The notes under the pieces are model-generated. The model had not been told where the DNA came from. It worked only from the letters and a program-made list of their open reading frames with translations, and ran no database searches. Positions 17,350 through 27,115 of a DNA stretch of 64,000 nt are shown piece by piece; positions within the stretch are counted from its first letter, which is position 1, and each line of letters begins with the position of its first letter. Source of the stretch: an uncultured Cryomorphaceae bacterium (GTDB lineage Bacteria > Bacteroidota > Bacteroidia > Flavobacteriales_D > Cryomorphaceae); contig CAZNOG010000009.1 of NCBI GenBank assembly GCA_964574635.1, forward strand, positions 26,220 through 90,219. The letters are read 5' to 3'. The translations under genes were made by a program, and so were the position numbers.

Positions 17350-17902
17350 CTATTCAACGATTAACAATTTGCCTCTATGACCGAGATCCCGGGATTTCGA
17401 AATCAGGTAAAAATACATGGCCGGAGGGAGCGGGGGCAAGGTCAATTGGGAAGAACCGGAAGCAATTTGGGCGGAAAAGCATTGTTGGCCGCGTATGTCA
17501 AAGAGAAGAAATGTATACTGATCCGTTGATTTGGCTTCATCGTCCTGTTCTATCCACACGTTCAGTTGATTTCTTGCCGGGTTGGGAGATACTTTATGGG
17601 ATCCATCCGGAGAACCGAATGAGCCGTATTGCCGAAACCAATCTCCATAGTTGAATAATGTATCTGAAGCGGTACTGCCATCAAATTCAGCCACATTCAT
17701 CATCTGAAAACCTCGATCCATACAACAGCCCGGAAGTCACTTCCGTAAAATCGAGCGGTGCCGTGATATAATCCATTTGATCATTCAGTGGCACATTTGG
17801 CTGTGCCTTCGCGCCATTGATAAAGATGATGAAAATGGCAGATAGGGTGGTGGTCGTTAAAAACCGGGTTTCTCGTCTCATAATGTGGGCATTTGACCGC
17901 AA
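17350..17902 (-). pseudogene. small T9SS-sorted protein split by a +1 frameshift near 17700-17720
   Basis: The signal-peptide ORF (17687-17902, ...LSAIFIIFINGAKAQ) and the CTD ORF (17350-17721, VSPNPARNQLNVWI...FDIRGQQ...PPAMYFYLI...GKLLIVE) overlap in different frames. Confidence 0.5.
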
Positions 17903-18479
17903 TCGGTCAGTTCGTACTCATTCCATTTTTGTCCTTATTTCGGGATAAAGATATAAAAAAACAAATATGCCCAAATTTTTGCTTAAAAAACTTTTGCCTC
18001 TGTGCCCCCTCCAAACCTTAATCCGTCACAGTTGATCTTTCGGGGTTCGTATCAAAGATCCATATCATGGATTTGCAGGATGAAATGTTTTCTCAGGTCG
18101 GCGACCGGCAGGCCTCCGGGAAAACCAAAGTTGAATTTTTGAGGGACAGGCCCTTTGGGGAGGACAAGTTCAAAACCGGTTCGCCAAATGGAAGGCGAAT
18201 CGAACCGCCGCCGGGGTGGGCTTTCGCGAAATCGGATTTTCCGAAACAGCCTTGGACAAGGTTTTGCAAATCGAAATGCCGTCGGGCAAATCCACCCGGG
18301 TCGAACAGAAACCCATCGAACCGACGATTTCGCAAAAAAGGGTGAAGCGATCCAAAAGCAGCCACCCATAATCCGAAAGATTAAAGATCGCGAGGCAATA
18401 TTTGAATTTCGTTCGCCGGAAATTGATCTTCGCCCCCCTTCATTTCCCCATGGGCGCTCTCCAAAAAACTTCGTGTAGC

Positions 18480-19862
18480 TCAAATCCCCATCGCAAACAT
18501 CTTCTTGCCCACCGACGGCTCGTAATCCCGGTCGAAAACCGAGCATACGTTGCGCACGAAAAATTTGCCCGGTTCGGTCAACCGCACGGATTCCCCCGAG
18601 ACCTCGACCAAGCCGTCGGCCACCGGTTCCCGCAATTGCGGCAAGCGGTCGCTCATGTACCGACGCTCTTCCCGCGACCCATCTTCCCAAGAGGTTTGCC
18701 CCTTACAGGTCAGGTTCAGGATGTGCTTGCGGATGTACCCCTCTTGTTCGTCGAGCAAATGCCCCTTGAAAATGGGCCATTCCCCCTTCTCGATTCTGGC
18801 GCGGTACCCTTCTACGGTTTTCACGTTTTGACAAAATCCCGCACCGATATCGCCGATGCTGCTCACACCCAAAGCAATGGTGTATGCCGTATGCAAATCG
18901 GTATAACCCATAAAGTTACGGTGCATTGACCCCGATTCGTACGCCTTGAAAAGGCTGTCCGACGGCCGTGCGAAATGATCGAAGCCAATGGCCTCGTAAC
19001 CGGCCTCAAGCAGGCGTTCCCGTCCGCGCATGAACAATTCCAACTTCAATTCGGCGTCGGGCAAATGCCGCTCATCGTAGGCCCGCTGCCCCTTGTGCTT
19101 CCATGGCACGTGGGCATAACTGTAAAACGCGATGCGGTCCGGATTGAGTCGGATCACCTCTTCCACGGCTTCCAGCACCGATGCCAAAGTCTGGAAAGGC
19201 AATCCATACACCAGATCGTAATTGACGGACCGATAGCCCAACTCCCGCGCCTGCACGGTGACTCGGCCTACGTCCCCGGGTGTTTGAAATCGGTTGATGG
19301 CCTTCTGCACCACCGGATTGAAATCCTGTACTCCCAAACTCAAACGGTCGAAGCCATGCGCCCGCAGTACGCGCAGATGCTCTGCAGTGGTATTGGCCGG
19401 GTGGGCCTCAAAGCTGAAAGAAACTTCGGCAGACACTTCGGTGCCGCGCAGCAGTCCGCTCACGAGTCGGTCGAGATTTTCGGGAGAAAAGAAGGTGGGG
19501 GTGCCACCGCCCAGGTGTATTTCTTTGATTTTGGGGGTGTGGCTGAATAGGTTTCGGTACATGACCCACTCCCCCAGTACACTCTCTATATAAGGTCCCT
19601 CCACTTTGTGGTTGATGGTGATGCGTGTATTGCATCCGCAGTAGGTGCACAGCCTCTCGCAAAAAGGTAGATGGACATAGAGGGACAGGCCCCGGGCATT
19701 GGCGGCCGGGAAACCGTCCACGAGTTTTCGCAAGTAGGTTTCTACTTCGAAGGTCTCGGGTTTCCAGTGCGGAACCGTGGGATAGCTCGTGTACCGGGGC
19801 ACGGCTACGTTGTACTTTTCTATGAGTTTTCGATCCATGATCGGTTTTCCCATTTTCGCCAT
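18480..19862 (-). CDS. hemN: oxygen-independent coproporphyrinogen III oxidase (radical SAM)
   Basis: Contains YPTVPHW, the radical-SAM motif HLPFCERLCTYCGC, and GGGTPTF; 460 aa. Confidence 0.93.
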   Translation of the reverse strand: MAKMGKPIMDRKLIEKYNVAVPRYTSYPTVPHWKPETFEVETYLRKLVDGFPAANARGLSLYVHLPFCERLCTYCGCNTRITINHKVEGPYIESVLGEWVMYRNLFSHTPKIKEIHLGGGTPTFFSPENLDRLVSGLLRGTEVSAEVSFSFEAHPANTTAEHLRVLRAHGFDRLSLGVQDFNPVVQKAINRFQTPGDVGRVTVQARELGYRSVNYDLVYGLPFQTLASVLEAVEEVIRLNPDRIAFYSYAHVPWKHKGQRAYDERHLPDAELKLELFMRGRERLLEAGYEAIGFDHFARPSDSLFKAYESGSMHRNFMGYTDLHTAYTIALGVSSIGDIGAGFCQNVKTVEGYRARIEKGEWPIFKGHLLDEQEGYIRKHILNLTCKGQTSWEDGSREERRYMSDRLPQLREPVADGLVEVSGESVRLTEPGKFFVRNVCSVFDRDYEPSVGKKMFAMGI

Positions 19863-19895
19863 CCTTCATTTTCACCCGGCGGGGGCTTCCCGCGT

Positions 19896-20639
19896 CTAAA
19901 CCAATTCGGGCGGCAAATAGAGCGAGGCTTCGTCGTCGTAAAATGGTTTGAAACGCTCCGCATTGCCGCTGTGCGATATCAGGGAACCCATGGTGCCCAC
20001 GACCAAAGTGGCGGAGTCGTATTTCAACGGCCTCAACCCGCGGTCCGTAAGCGGTTCGGTCAGCCTCAGCACACCCACGCTGCGATTGTAATGTTTGAGG
20101 TAATCCAAGAACATGGCTTCCTCCTCCTGACTTTCGGTCTCCTCCTCGCTTTTGACGACTCGTAGCAGAGTTAAGTCGGGCTCTTCGTCCCAGCGCGGGA
20201 ACACCTGAAAAAATTGTTTGAAACGATGTACACCGGCTGTATGCGCGTCGGAGAGCAAAACGATGTGATTCACCGGCGCGAAATGTGCCGGAACCGCCAC
20301 CAGTGCACATGAACCGTGGGTGAAATCGCGTTCCAGCGCCAAAGGCCTGAGCGCCGATTTTGAAATGAGCAGCAAATCGGCGTAGGTACAAAGATGCAGG
20401 AGCTCTTTGTGGGGTTGGTCGGAAAGTCGACGCAACCTCATCCGCGCTCCGTTTTCGATGCACCGCGCGCTGAGGAAGTCGAGTATTTCTTCTTGATCGG
20501 GCCGGAGAGTCGCCTCATCGGATACCACGCAAGCGGTTACTTCCACGTTTTTTCCGATGACGTACCTTTCGAGAAAGCGCACCGGCCCCCACGCGGACGC
20601 CGCTTCGTCGAATGCCACCAATACTTTCTTGTGGGTCAT
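19896..20639 (-). CDS. universal-stress-protein-like (tandem USP-fold) protein
   Basis: 247 aa in two repeats of a USP-like pattern (KKVLVAFD..., HIVLLSD...). Sits 33 nt upstream of hemN on the same strand. The assignment is by pattern only. Confidence 0.5.
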   Translation of the reverse strand: MTHKKVLVAFDEAASAWGPVRFLERYVIGKNVEVTACVVSDEATLRPDQEEILDFLSARCIENGARMRLRRLSDQPHKELLHLCTYADLLLISKSALRPLALERDFTHGSCALVAVPAHFAPVNHIVLLSDAHTAGVHRFKQFFQVFPRWDEEPDLTLLRVVKSEEETESQEEEAMFLDYLKHYNRSVGVLRLTEPLTDRGLRPLKYDSATLVVGTMGSLISHSGNAERFKPFYDDEASLYLPPELV

Positions 20640-20713
20640 GATCCCGTTGATTATTGCAACCGTAAAATTGCAATGTTCGAACGGTGTGTATTATGACCTA
20701 TCTCAGCGGCAAA

Positions 20714-20729
20714 ACTGATATTTGTCAGT
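20714..20729. promoter_or_regulatory. FNR/CRP-type palindrome ACTGATATTTGTCAGT
   Basis: Lies 75-90 nt upstream of the USP-like start and just downstream of the Crp/Fnr stop. Its reverse complement matches the site at 50515-50530 in 14 of 16 positions. Confidence 0.5.
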
Positions 20730-20767
20730 GTCGTGAAAAGGAGACGGAAGTAACAGGTGAGGAGCGC

Positions 20768-21484
20768 TCACCGCCGGGAAGCCGTGAACAAACCGGCGGA
20801 ATCCAGAACTTTGATTTTTCGGCCCTTGGTTTCAATCAGGCCTTCCTTTTTGAACTCGTTAAGCAGGCGGATGAGAGATTCGGTGGCGGTACCGACGATG
20901 TTGGCCAAGTCTTCTCGCGTCAGGTTTATTTCCACCTCGCCGGGTCGATCGGCTTCGAGTCCGTAAGTGTCTTTGAGCATGAGCAGGCTCAAGGCGAGTC
21001 GCTGCCTCACGCTGCGCTGGGCCATTTCGGTCATGCGGTTTGCGATGATGCCGTTTTCGGCGCACACGGCCTTGAAGATTTCCATGTAGAACACGCTGCC
21101 CGGCTTGAGCAGCTTCAGAAAATCTTCTTTGGGGATGAAGCAAACCACGCAATCGTCGAGGGCCTCACCCGAAAGCACATAATGCTGTTCGGAAATCAGC
21201 GCTTTATACCCCAAAAGATCGCCCGCCGCGGAAACTTTGATGATCTGCTCTTTGCCGTCTATGCCCAAGCGGTAGACTTTGATCCGGCCTGAATTCACGC
21301 AAAACACCCCCAATGGGCGCGTGCCCTCATGAAACAGAACCTGACCTTTCTTGTAGCGCGTACACGTTTTGGCCATGTTGATCTCTTCCATGTCTTCCGA
21401 GGAAAGCGATCGGAAGAGAGACCGATGAAACGATTTGCAGTTCGCACAAGATTGAGGATCGACGAGAACTTGATTTGCAGCCAT
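20768..21484 (-). CDS. Crp/Fnr family transcriptional regulator
   Basis: Has a cNMP-binding-like beta-roll, the C-terminal HTH REDLANIVGTATESLIRLLNEFKKEGLI, and an N-terminal CxxC (SCANCKS) plus further Cys residues. Confidence 0.9.
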   Translation of the reverse strand: MAANQVLVDPQSCANCKSFHRSLFRSLSSEDMEEINMAKTCTRYKKGQVLFHEGTRPLGVFCVNSGRIKVYRLGIDGKEQIIKVSAAGDLLGYKALISEQHYVLSGEALDDCVVCFIPKEDFLKLLKPGSVFYMEIFKAVCAENGIIANRMTEMAQRSVRQRLALSLLMLKDTYGLEADRPGEVEINLTREDLANIVGTATESLIRLLNEFKKEGLIETKGRKIKVLDSAGLFTASRR

Positions 21485-21505
21485 GGCACCGGGGTTTATC
21501 CCGCA

Positions 21506-21520
21506 TTGTACATACTACAA
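21506..21520. promoter_or_regulatory. palindrome TTGTA-N5-TACAA in the divergent Crp/Fnr / thioredoxin-fold promoter region
   Basis: Read directly from the sequence, 22-36 nt upstream of the regulator ATG. Confidence 0.3.
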
Positions 21521-21660
21521 AGATCGGAATATTTTCAATTCGGGGCTTCGAATCACCGGCCTACCGTAGCGCGAAATCGGTAGTTTTGGGAAACGCCGAT
21601 CTTCAGGATGGGGAAATGCGTTATTTTACCGGGAAGTTTCACCCTCAAGACACACCCACA

Positions 21661-22821
21661 ATGACCCGACACCTGCGCATCTTCGTTTTCGTCGCGTGGA
21701 CGTGCGTTCACGGCAGCGTCGCGGGTCAGGTGCACTTTGCCCAATCGGACTTCCACATGAGCCTGGAGCGGGCGCACAGCGAGGGGAAACCGCTGTTGGT
21801 GTACGCGTACACCTCGTGGTGCGGCGAGTGCAAAATCATGGAAAACACAACCTTTACCGACAGCACCGTGGGCACGTGGGTGGATTCGAACTTCGTCGCC
21901 ATGCGGGTGAATGCCGAGGAAGGGTTCGGCGTGGATTTGGTCATGAAACACCGCGTGACCACTTTTCCTCAAATACTGATTTTCAACCATGACGGACAGC
22001 TTATGCACCGGATTTTGGGTTTCCACACTCCGGATGCCCTGCCCGGGGTTCTGGCCGAAGCTCAACGAAGTCCCGCCCTTCCTCGCCTTGCGCGACCGCT
22101 GGAATTCGACCTTGCCTACCCCGATTTTTTGAAACGGGCGTACCTACCGGGAAATGAGAGGCACTTTCCCGACAGACGCACCGTGGAAGCGTATCTCGAC
22201 ACGAGAGACAGCCTCACCGACGAGGTGAGTTGGGCGGTGATATCTCGGTTCGTGACGAGCGGTCGATATGTCGACTCCACCATCGCGATCGCGGGGCGCC
22301 TGGCGCAATTGTACGGCCACGGGGAGGTGACGGAGAAGTTGTCGTCTTTCGTTTTCGCCGATGTGAAGGCGGCTATAAAATCCAATGACCGCGCCGCGTT
22401 CGTGAAGGCCCTCGACGACGCCGACCGCATTTTGGGTGAGGATGCGGAATACTACAAACTGAGCTACAGATTGTACTACAATCAGATGACGGGCGATTGG
22501 GAAGGATTTGCCGAAGCCGGCGAAGAATACCTTCGCAAGGTGCCTGAAAGGGCTTCCGTCGAAACGCGGTATGAATTGGCCCTCACCCTGTACCGGAACA
22601 GCGACCGGGAATCGGCACTCCGCACGGCCGAGCGCTGGATGGAAGGTGTGGTGGCCGAGATTCCGACATACGAAACCCTGAGCGCGTACGCCGAATTGCT
22701 GTACAAATTAGGGGAAGACGACAAAGCACTGGAAGCGGCGAAAGAGGCGTTGAAACTCAGTGCCGACGATGGGCAGACCGATCAAACTCGTGCATTGATA
22801 GAAAAAATAGAATCGCCATGA
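21661..22821 (+). CDS. secreted thioredoxin-fold protein with C-terminal helical/TPR-like region
   Basis: Start taken at MTRHLRIFVFVAWT (signal peptide). Contains the WCGEC active site within YAYTSWCGECKIM. Confidence 0.75.
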   Translation: MTRHLRIFVFVAWTCVHGSVAGQVHFAQSDFHMSLERAHSEGKPLLVYAYTSWCGECKIMENTTFTDSTVGTWVDSNFVAMRVNAEEGFGVDLVMKHRVTTFPQILIFNHDGQLMHRILGFHTPDALPGVLAEAQRSPALPRLARPLEFDLAYPDFLKRAYLPGNERHFPDRRTVEAYLDTRDSLTDEVSWAVISRFVTSGRYVDSTIAIAGRLAQLYGHGEVTEKLSSFVFADVKAAIKSNDRAAFVKALDDADRILGEDAEYYKLSYRLYYNQMTGDWEGFAEAGEEYLRKVPERASVETRYELALTLYRNSDRESALRTAERWMEGVVAEIPTYETLSAYAELLYKLGEDDKALEAAKEALKLSADDGQTDQTRALIEKIESP

Positions 22822-23156
22822 ATGCAGAACCCACGGAAAAACGCTTCAAGACCTTCGCGGAATTTTACCCTTACTACCTTTCGGAGCACTCCAAAACCGG
22901 TACGCGGATTTCCCACTTCATCGGCACCACGCTGTTTTTCGCATGGACCTTGTCGGCTTTGGTGTTTTTGAATCCTCTTCACTTCGTTTTCGGCGTGGTG
23001 TCGGCGTATTTTTTCGCCTGGGTGGGCCATTTTTTCGTGGAGAAGAACAAACCCGCCACGTTTCGCTACCCGTGGATGTCTCTGAAAGGGGATTTCCGCA
23101 TGTATTTCGAGATCATCGGAGGGAAGGAAAAATTGCGGGGTGATGATCGGGCGTGA
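22818..23156 (+). CDS. DUF962 (Mpo1-like) membrane protein
   Basis: FAEFYPYYLSEHS...AWVGHFFVEKNKPATFRYPW, 112 aa. ATGA overlap with the upstream gene. Confidence 0.75.
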   Translation: MNAEPTEKRFKTFAEFYPYYLSEHSKTGTRISHFIGTTLFFAWTLSALVFLNPLHFVFGVVSAYFFAWVGHFFVEKNKPATFRYPWMSLKGDFRMYFEIIGGKEKLRGDDRA

Positions 23157-23236
23157 ACCCGACTGTCGGTTTCGCAAACAACGAGCCCCGTCTGCGTGGG
23201 CAAACGGGGCTCGGGAAAGCGCTTTGCGCCATGTGA

Positions 23237-24565
23237 TTATTTCTTGATCTTCTTCGGGGCGACGGGCTGAGTGAAATCCTCGGGGGAGACCATGTCCTCT
23301 TTTCCCAAGTACACCCAGTTGATGTCGTTTCCGTGCTCTTTCATCACGGTATTGACGTCGCTCAAATCCGTTTCGAGTACGCGGTCGGTGAATTTATCCG
23401 CATCGCGCCAAGAACCGCGAATCTCGTTCACGCCCAGAGTCATGGAAATGGATGCGTTTCTCTCCTGCCCCATAAAGTGACCCGTGAGGAAAGACTGCTT
23501 CGTTCCGTCGAGCTCCTCTTTGGTAAATCCTTCCGTTTTCACCTCGTTCACCAAATCCATCATGACTTCCAAGCTTTGCTTGGGATCGGTAGTGGTGATG
23601 TAGATGATGTTCATGGGGTGTGCGATGTACCCGGTGGTACCCGCATGCGGTGCGTACGACAAAGATCGCTTGGTGCGCAACTCTTCGAAGAACCTGTCCT
23701 TGAGGATACTCATCGCCAAGGAATTGTGAATGGCTTCATCGGAACCTTTTTCCGGCGCGGAGAAGGAACCCATGATGTAGTTGGTCTCGATGTTTCGATT
23801 TTCGATGTACAAGCCCTCGTCGAGTTTGGCCGGTTGGTAGAGGTCCGCGGCGGGACTTCCCTCGGGCAGAGAAGCGAGTTCCCCTTCGATTTTCGATGTG
23901 AGGTCCGCCTTGGACACGTCGCCTACGACCACGAGAAATACCCTCTGCTTGCCGATGGTGTTGCGGTGATAGTCCTTCACGTCATCCAGGGTGAGGGCCT
24001 CCAAGCTCTTTACCGTGCCGTCGGGTTTCTTTTCGTAGTGGGTACCCGACCAACCCTTCTCCATGGCGAGGTCCATAAGGTGGGCATCGGGATTGGATCG
24101 TTTTTGCTTGGCTCCGGTCACGAGACGGTTTTTGGTCAGTTCGAAATCCTCGGGGCGGAATGCGGGTTCGGCGATGGTTTTTGCAAACAAATCCCAGGCT
24201 TCGTCCCAATACATTTTCACGCAATTGAGCGATACGTTGGAATAGTCGAGTCCTGCGCTTGCGCCGATCGATGCTCCGATGCTCTCGGTGGCTTGCTGGT
24301 AGGCTTGCTTGTCCATTCCCGCGGGTCCGCCGTCTACCATGATTTGGTACGTCAATTCGGCGATACCTTCTTTTTCCTTGGGGTAGTTGGCCGCTCCTCC
24401 TTCGATGAAAAGCCTCGCACTCACGGTACCCTTCACCGACTGGCGCAGGATAACCTTGATGCCGGCGGCTTCGAATTCTTCGGTCTGCGGTGTTTCTTGC
24501 GCCCATACCGCGAAGGACAATCCCACGCAGAGCGCCAATAAACCGATTTTTCTCAAGTAGTGCAT
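23237..24565 (-). CDS. M16 family peptidase, non-catalytic-type subunit
   Basis: 442 aa with a signal peptide and insulinase-like fold pattern but no HxxEH motif. Paired with the upstream M16 gene. Confidence 0.8.
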   Translation of the reverse strand: MHYLRKIGLLALCVGLSFAVWAQETPQTEEFEAAGIKVILRQSVKGTVSARLFIEGGAANYPKEKEGIAELTYQIMVDGGPAGMDKQAYQQATESIGASIGASAGLDYSNVSLNCVKMYWDEAWDLFAKTIAEPAFRPEDFELTKNRLVTGAKQKRSNPDAHLMDLAMEKGWSGTHYEKKPDGTVKSLEALTLDDVKDYHRNTIGKQRVFLVVVGDVSKADLTSKIEGELASLPEGSPAADLYQPAKLDEGLYIENRNIETNYIMGSFSAPEKGSDEAIHNSLAMSILKDRFFEELRTKRSLSYAPHAGTTGYIAHPMNIIYITTTDPKQSLEVMMDLVNEVKTEGFTKEELDGTKQSFLTGHFMGQERNASISMTLGVNEIRGSWRDADKFTDRVLETDLSDVNTVMKEHGNDINWVYLGKEDMVSPEDFTQPVAPKKIKK

Positions 24566-24593
24566 TTTCTGAAGTTTTCTCTGTTGGGGAATA

Positions 24594-25982
24594 TTACATT
24601 TTCACGGGTTCCACCGATTCGATGCCCAAGTTGCTTTGAAGCATGGGCGAAAGGAGCAGACCGGTGACGTTGGGATTGTCTTGAATGTACTCGCGGACGT
24701 ATGCTTTGATGTCGTCTCGCGTGACCTTGTTCAAGTTGTCCAAGTAATTGAGGTAGTAGTCCAAGCTCGCGGACGCCCACCAGAAGGTGAGGGAATGCAC
24801 GAAGCCCGAAGTGCTCTCTCGGCTGTATATATCGCTGATGGTGAGCTGTCTTTTGGCCGACTCTAATTGTTCGTCGGTAAAGTAATCGTCGCTGTCGAAC
24901 AGGGCCACTTCGGCCTCGAGAGCGGCGACGGCTTCTTCGATCTTTTGGGGATTGGGCACCAAAACGGTGAGGATGGGCCCTACGTGTTTGAGCGTTTGAT
25001 AAGAGCTCTGCGCCTGAAACGCCAATCCGCTTTCCACCAGATTCTGGTTGAACCTGGAAGAGGGGAGGTTGATGATGGTGTGGAAGACGTCGGCCGCGTA
25101 AGTCGCTTCGGGGTCTTCATCCACGCTCGGCCCCCGCTGCATGATCATCATGATGGGCACTTGGGCGTTTTCATTGATGGTAACCACCCCAACCGACTCG
25201 GTAAACGGTTCGAATTCGGGCACGGGGTACTTTTCGAAAATCTCGAAGTCGGATTTCTTCCAATCCCCGTAGATGTCCTTCACCATTTTTTCCACTTGAT
25301 CGCGATCCACCGCTCCGGCCACTACAATAATGGAGTTGTTGGGATAGTAGTACCGCTCTTGGATGGTGCGCATCTTTTCGGGCACCGCCGAGAGAATGAT
25401 GTCGTGGTCGCCGATGGGGTTCTTGCGGTTGTACAGATCGCCCCACATGGCGCGGTTGACGTCTTGGTACAACCAGAAACCGGGATTGGATTCCGCGCGC
25501 TGAAACTCACCGTCGACCACGGGGTTCTCCTTCTTCATTTCCTCTTCCAAAAACAGCGGATAGCGAATGGCCGAGTTCATGAATTCCAGCCCTTCCTGCA
25601 ACTTGGTGCTGCTGAGGGTGATAAAGTAATTCACACGCTCCTCGGAAGTCGTGCCGTTGAATTGCACTCCGAGCTCGTTGACCCTTTTGAGAAACGCCTC
25701 CTGGGAGGGAAGGTCCTTATTGGCCTTGAAAAACATGTGTTCGTACAAATGGGAAAGCCCCGAATACTCGGGCTCCTCCGTGTACGATCCGTTGTGAACG
25801 GCTATTTCGATGGTCACCAAAGGCACCGAAGGGTCCTCGATCACCAACAGGTCCAGTCCATTGTCCAATTCCGTGAAATGGAAGTTTTCGGGCAAGTCGT
25901 TCTGGGCACTCGCCGAGGGCGATGAAACCATCGCCACAGCCGCCGCCAGACACAAACTCGCAGTCGCTTTTCGTAAATTCAT
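24594..25982 (-). CDS. M16 family zinc peptidase (HxxEH)
   Basis: Start taken at MNLRKATASLCLAAAV (signal peptide). Contains the motif SHLYEHMFFK. Confidence 0.85.
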   Translation of the reverse strand: MNLRKATASLCLAAAVAMVSSPSASAQNDLPENFHFTELDNGLDLLVIEDPSVPLVTIEIAVHNGSYTEEPEYSGLSHLYEHMFFKANKDLPSQEAFLKRVNELGVQFNGTTSEERVNYFITLSSTKLQEGLEFMNSAIRYPLFLEEEMKKENPVVDGEFQRAESNPGFWLYQDVNRAMWGDLYNRKNPIGDHDIILSAVPEKMRTIQERYYYPNNSIIVVAGAVDRDQVEKMVKDIYGDWKKSDFEIFEKYPVPEFEPFTESVGVVTINENAQVPIMMIMQRGPSVDEDPEATYAADVFHTIINLPSSRFNQNLVESGLAFQAQSSYQTLKHVGPILTVLVPNPQKIEEAVAALEAEVALFDSDDYFTDEQLESAKRQLTISDIYSRESTSGFVHSLTFWWASASLDYYLNYLDNLNKVTRDDIKAYVREYIQDNPNVTGLLLSPMLQSNLGIESVEPVKM

Positions 25983-26214
25983 TTGCGGTTTTCCTTGTAG
26001 TTTTGCGCCGTAAAGATAAGAGGTCAAGCGGTTTCTCCTTCGCCTTTCGTAATTCGCATTCACCGATCGTCACATAGGGGGAACCGCGGCAACCGGACCA
26101 CACGACAACGAACTAACGGCCCGCAAGTCGCCGTCAATCAAAACAAAGCACTTCACTTCGTGTTCCATTGCGGGATAGGGCACCACCAAAGTAATAATCA
26201 CAAAACTTAATTTC

Positions 26215-27057
26215 ATGGAAGACGCAAACCACTTCTTCACATCCGAAAATTTCGAACACCTCACCGCACTGGTGGTGGAATACGGCCTCGCCATCATTTT
26301 GGCGGTGGTGGTTCTCATCGTCGGTCTCATGGTCATCCGGTGGATGGTCAAGACCTTCGACAAGATCATGGTGAAACGCAATGTGGACGCTTCGCTCCGC
26401 CCGTTCTTGCGCACCGTCATCAACGCCCTGCTGCGGGTGGTACTGATCATCAGCGTCATCGGCATGGTGGGCATTCAAACCACCAGCCTGATCGCCGTGC
26501 TGGGCGCCGCGGGACTCGCCATCGGCATGGCGTTGTCGGGTACGCTGCAAAACTTCGCCGGCGGGGTCATCGTGCTTATCCTCAAGCCGTTTAAAGTAGG
26601 CGACTTCATCGAGGCCGCTTCGCACTCGGGCACCGTGCGCGAAATTCAGGTGTTTTACACCTACCTTACTACGCCTACAGGCCAGGAAATCATCGTTCCC
26701 AACGCCGAGCTTTCGAACAATTCCATCGTGAACTATTCCATCAATCCCACGCGCAGACTCGACCTCACTTTCCGCGTGCCTTACGGCGACGACTTCGAAA
26801 AAGCCAAGTCCATTCTCGAAGAACTGGGTCGCGCGGAGGATCGCTTCATCGAATCGGAGGGCGTGAACGTATTCGTGGAAGAATTGGCCGACAGCACGGT
26901 GAACCTACGCTTGCGCGCGTGGACGTTGAGTTCGGATTATTGGGACATTCACAACAACATGCCGGAAAAAGTGCGGAAAGCGTTCGATTCCGCCGGATTG
27001 AATCCGCCCATACCGAAGTCTGATGTACATTTGCACCCCGAAAAAAGGGCATCCTGA
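26215..27057 (+). CDS. small-conductance mechanosensitive channel (MscS family)
   Basis: 280 aa with three TM helices followed by LQNFAGGVIVLILKPFKVGDFIE...GTVREIQVFYT, typical of MscS. Confidence 0.9.
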   Translation: MEDANHFFTSENFEHLTALVVEYGLAIILAVVVLIVGLMVIRWMVKTFDKIMVKRNVDASLRPFLRTVINALLRVVLIISVIGMVGIQTTSLIAVLGAAGLAIGMALSGTLQNFAGGVIVLILKPFKVGDFIEAASHSGTVREIQVFYTYLTTPTGQEIIVPNAELSNNSIVNYSINPTRRLDLTFRVPYGDDFEKAKSILEELGRAEDRFIESEGVNVFVEELADSTVNLRLRAWTLSSDYWDIHNNMPEKVRKAFDSAGLNPPIPKSDVHLHPEKRAS

Positions 27058-27115
27058 TTTTCCCAAAGGTGAAACGGGCCCTCAACGTATTTGAAAAACA
27101 AACAAAACCAACGAA

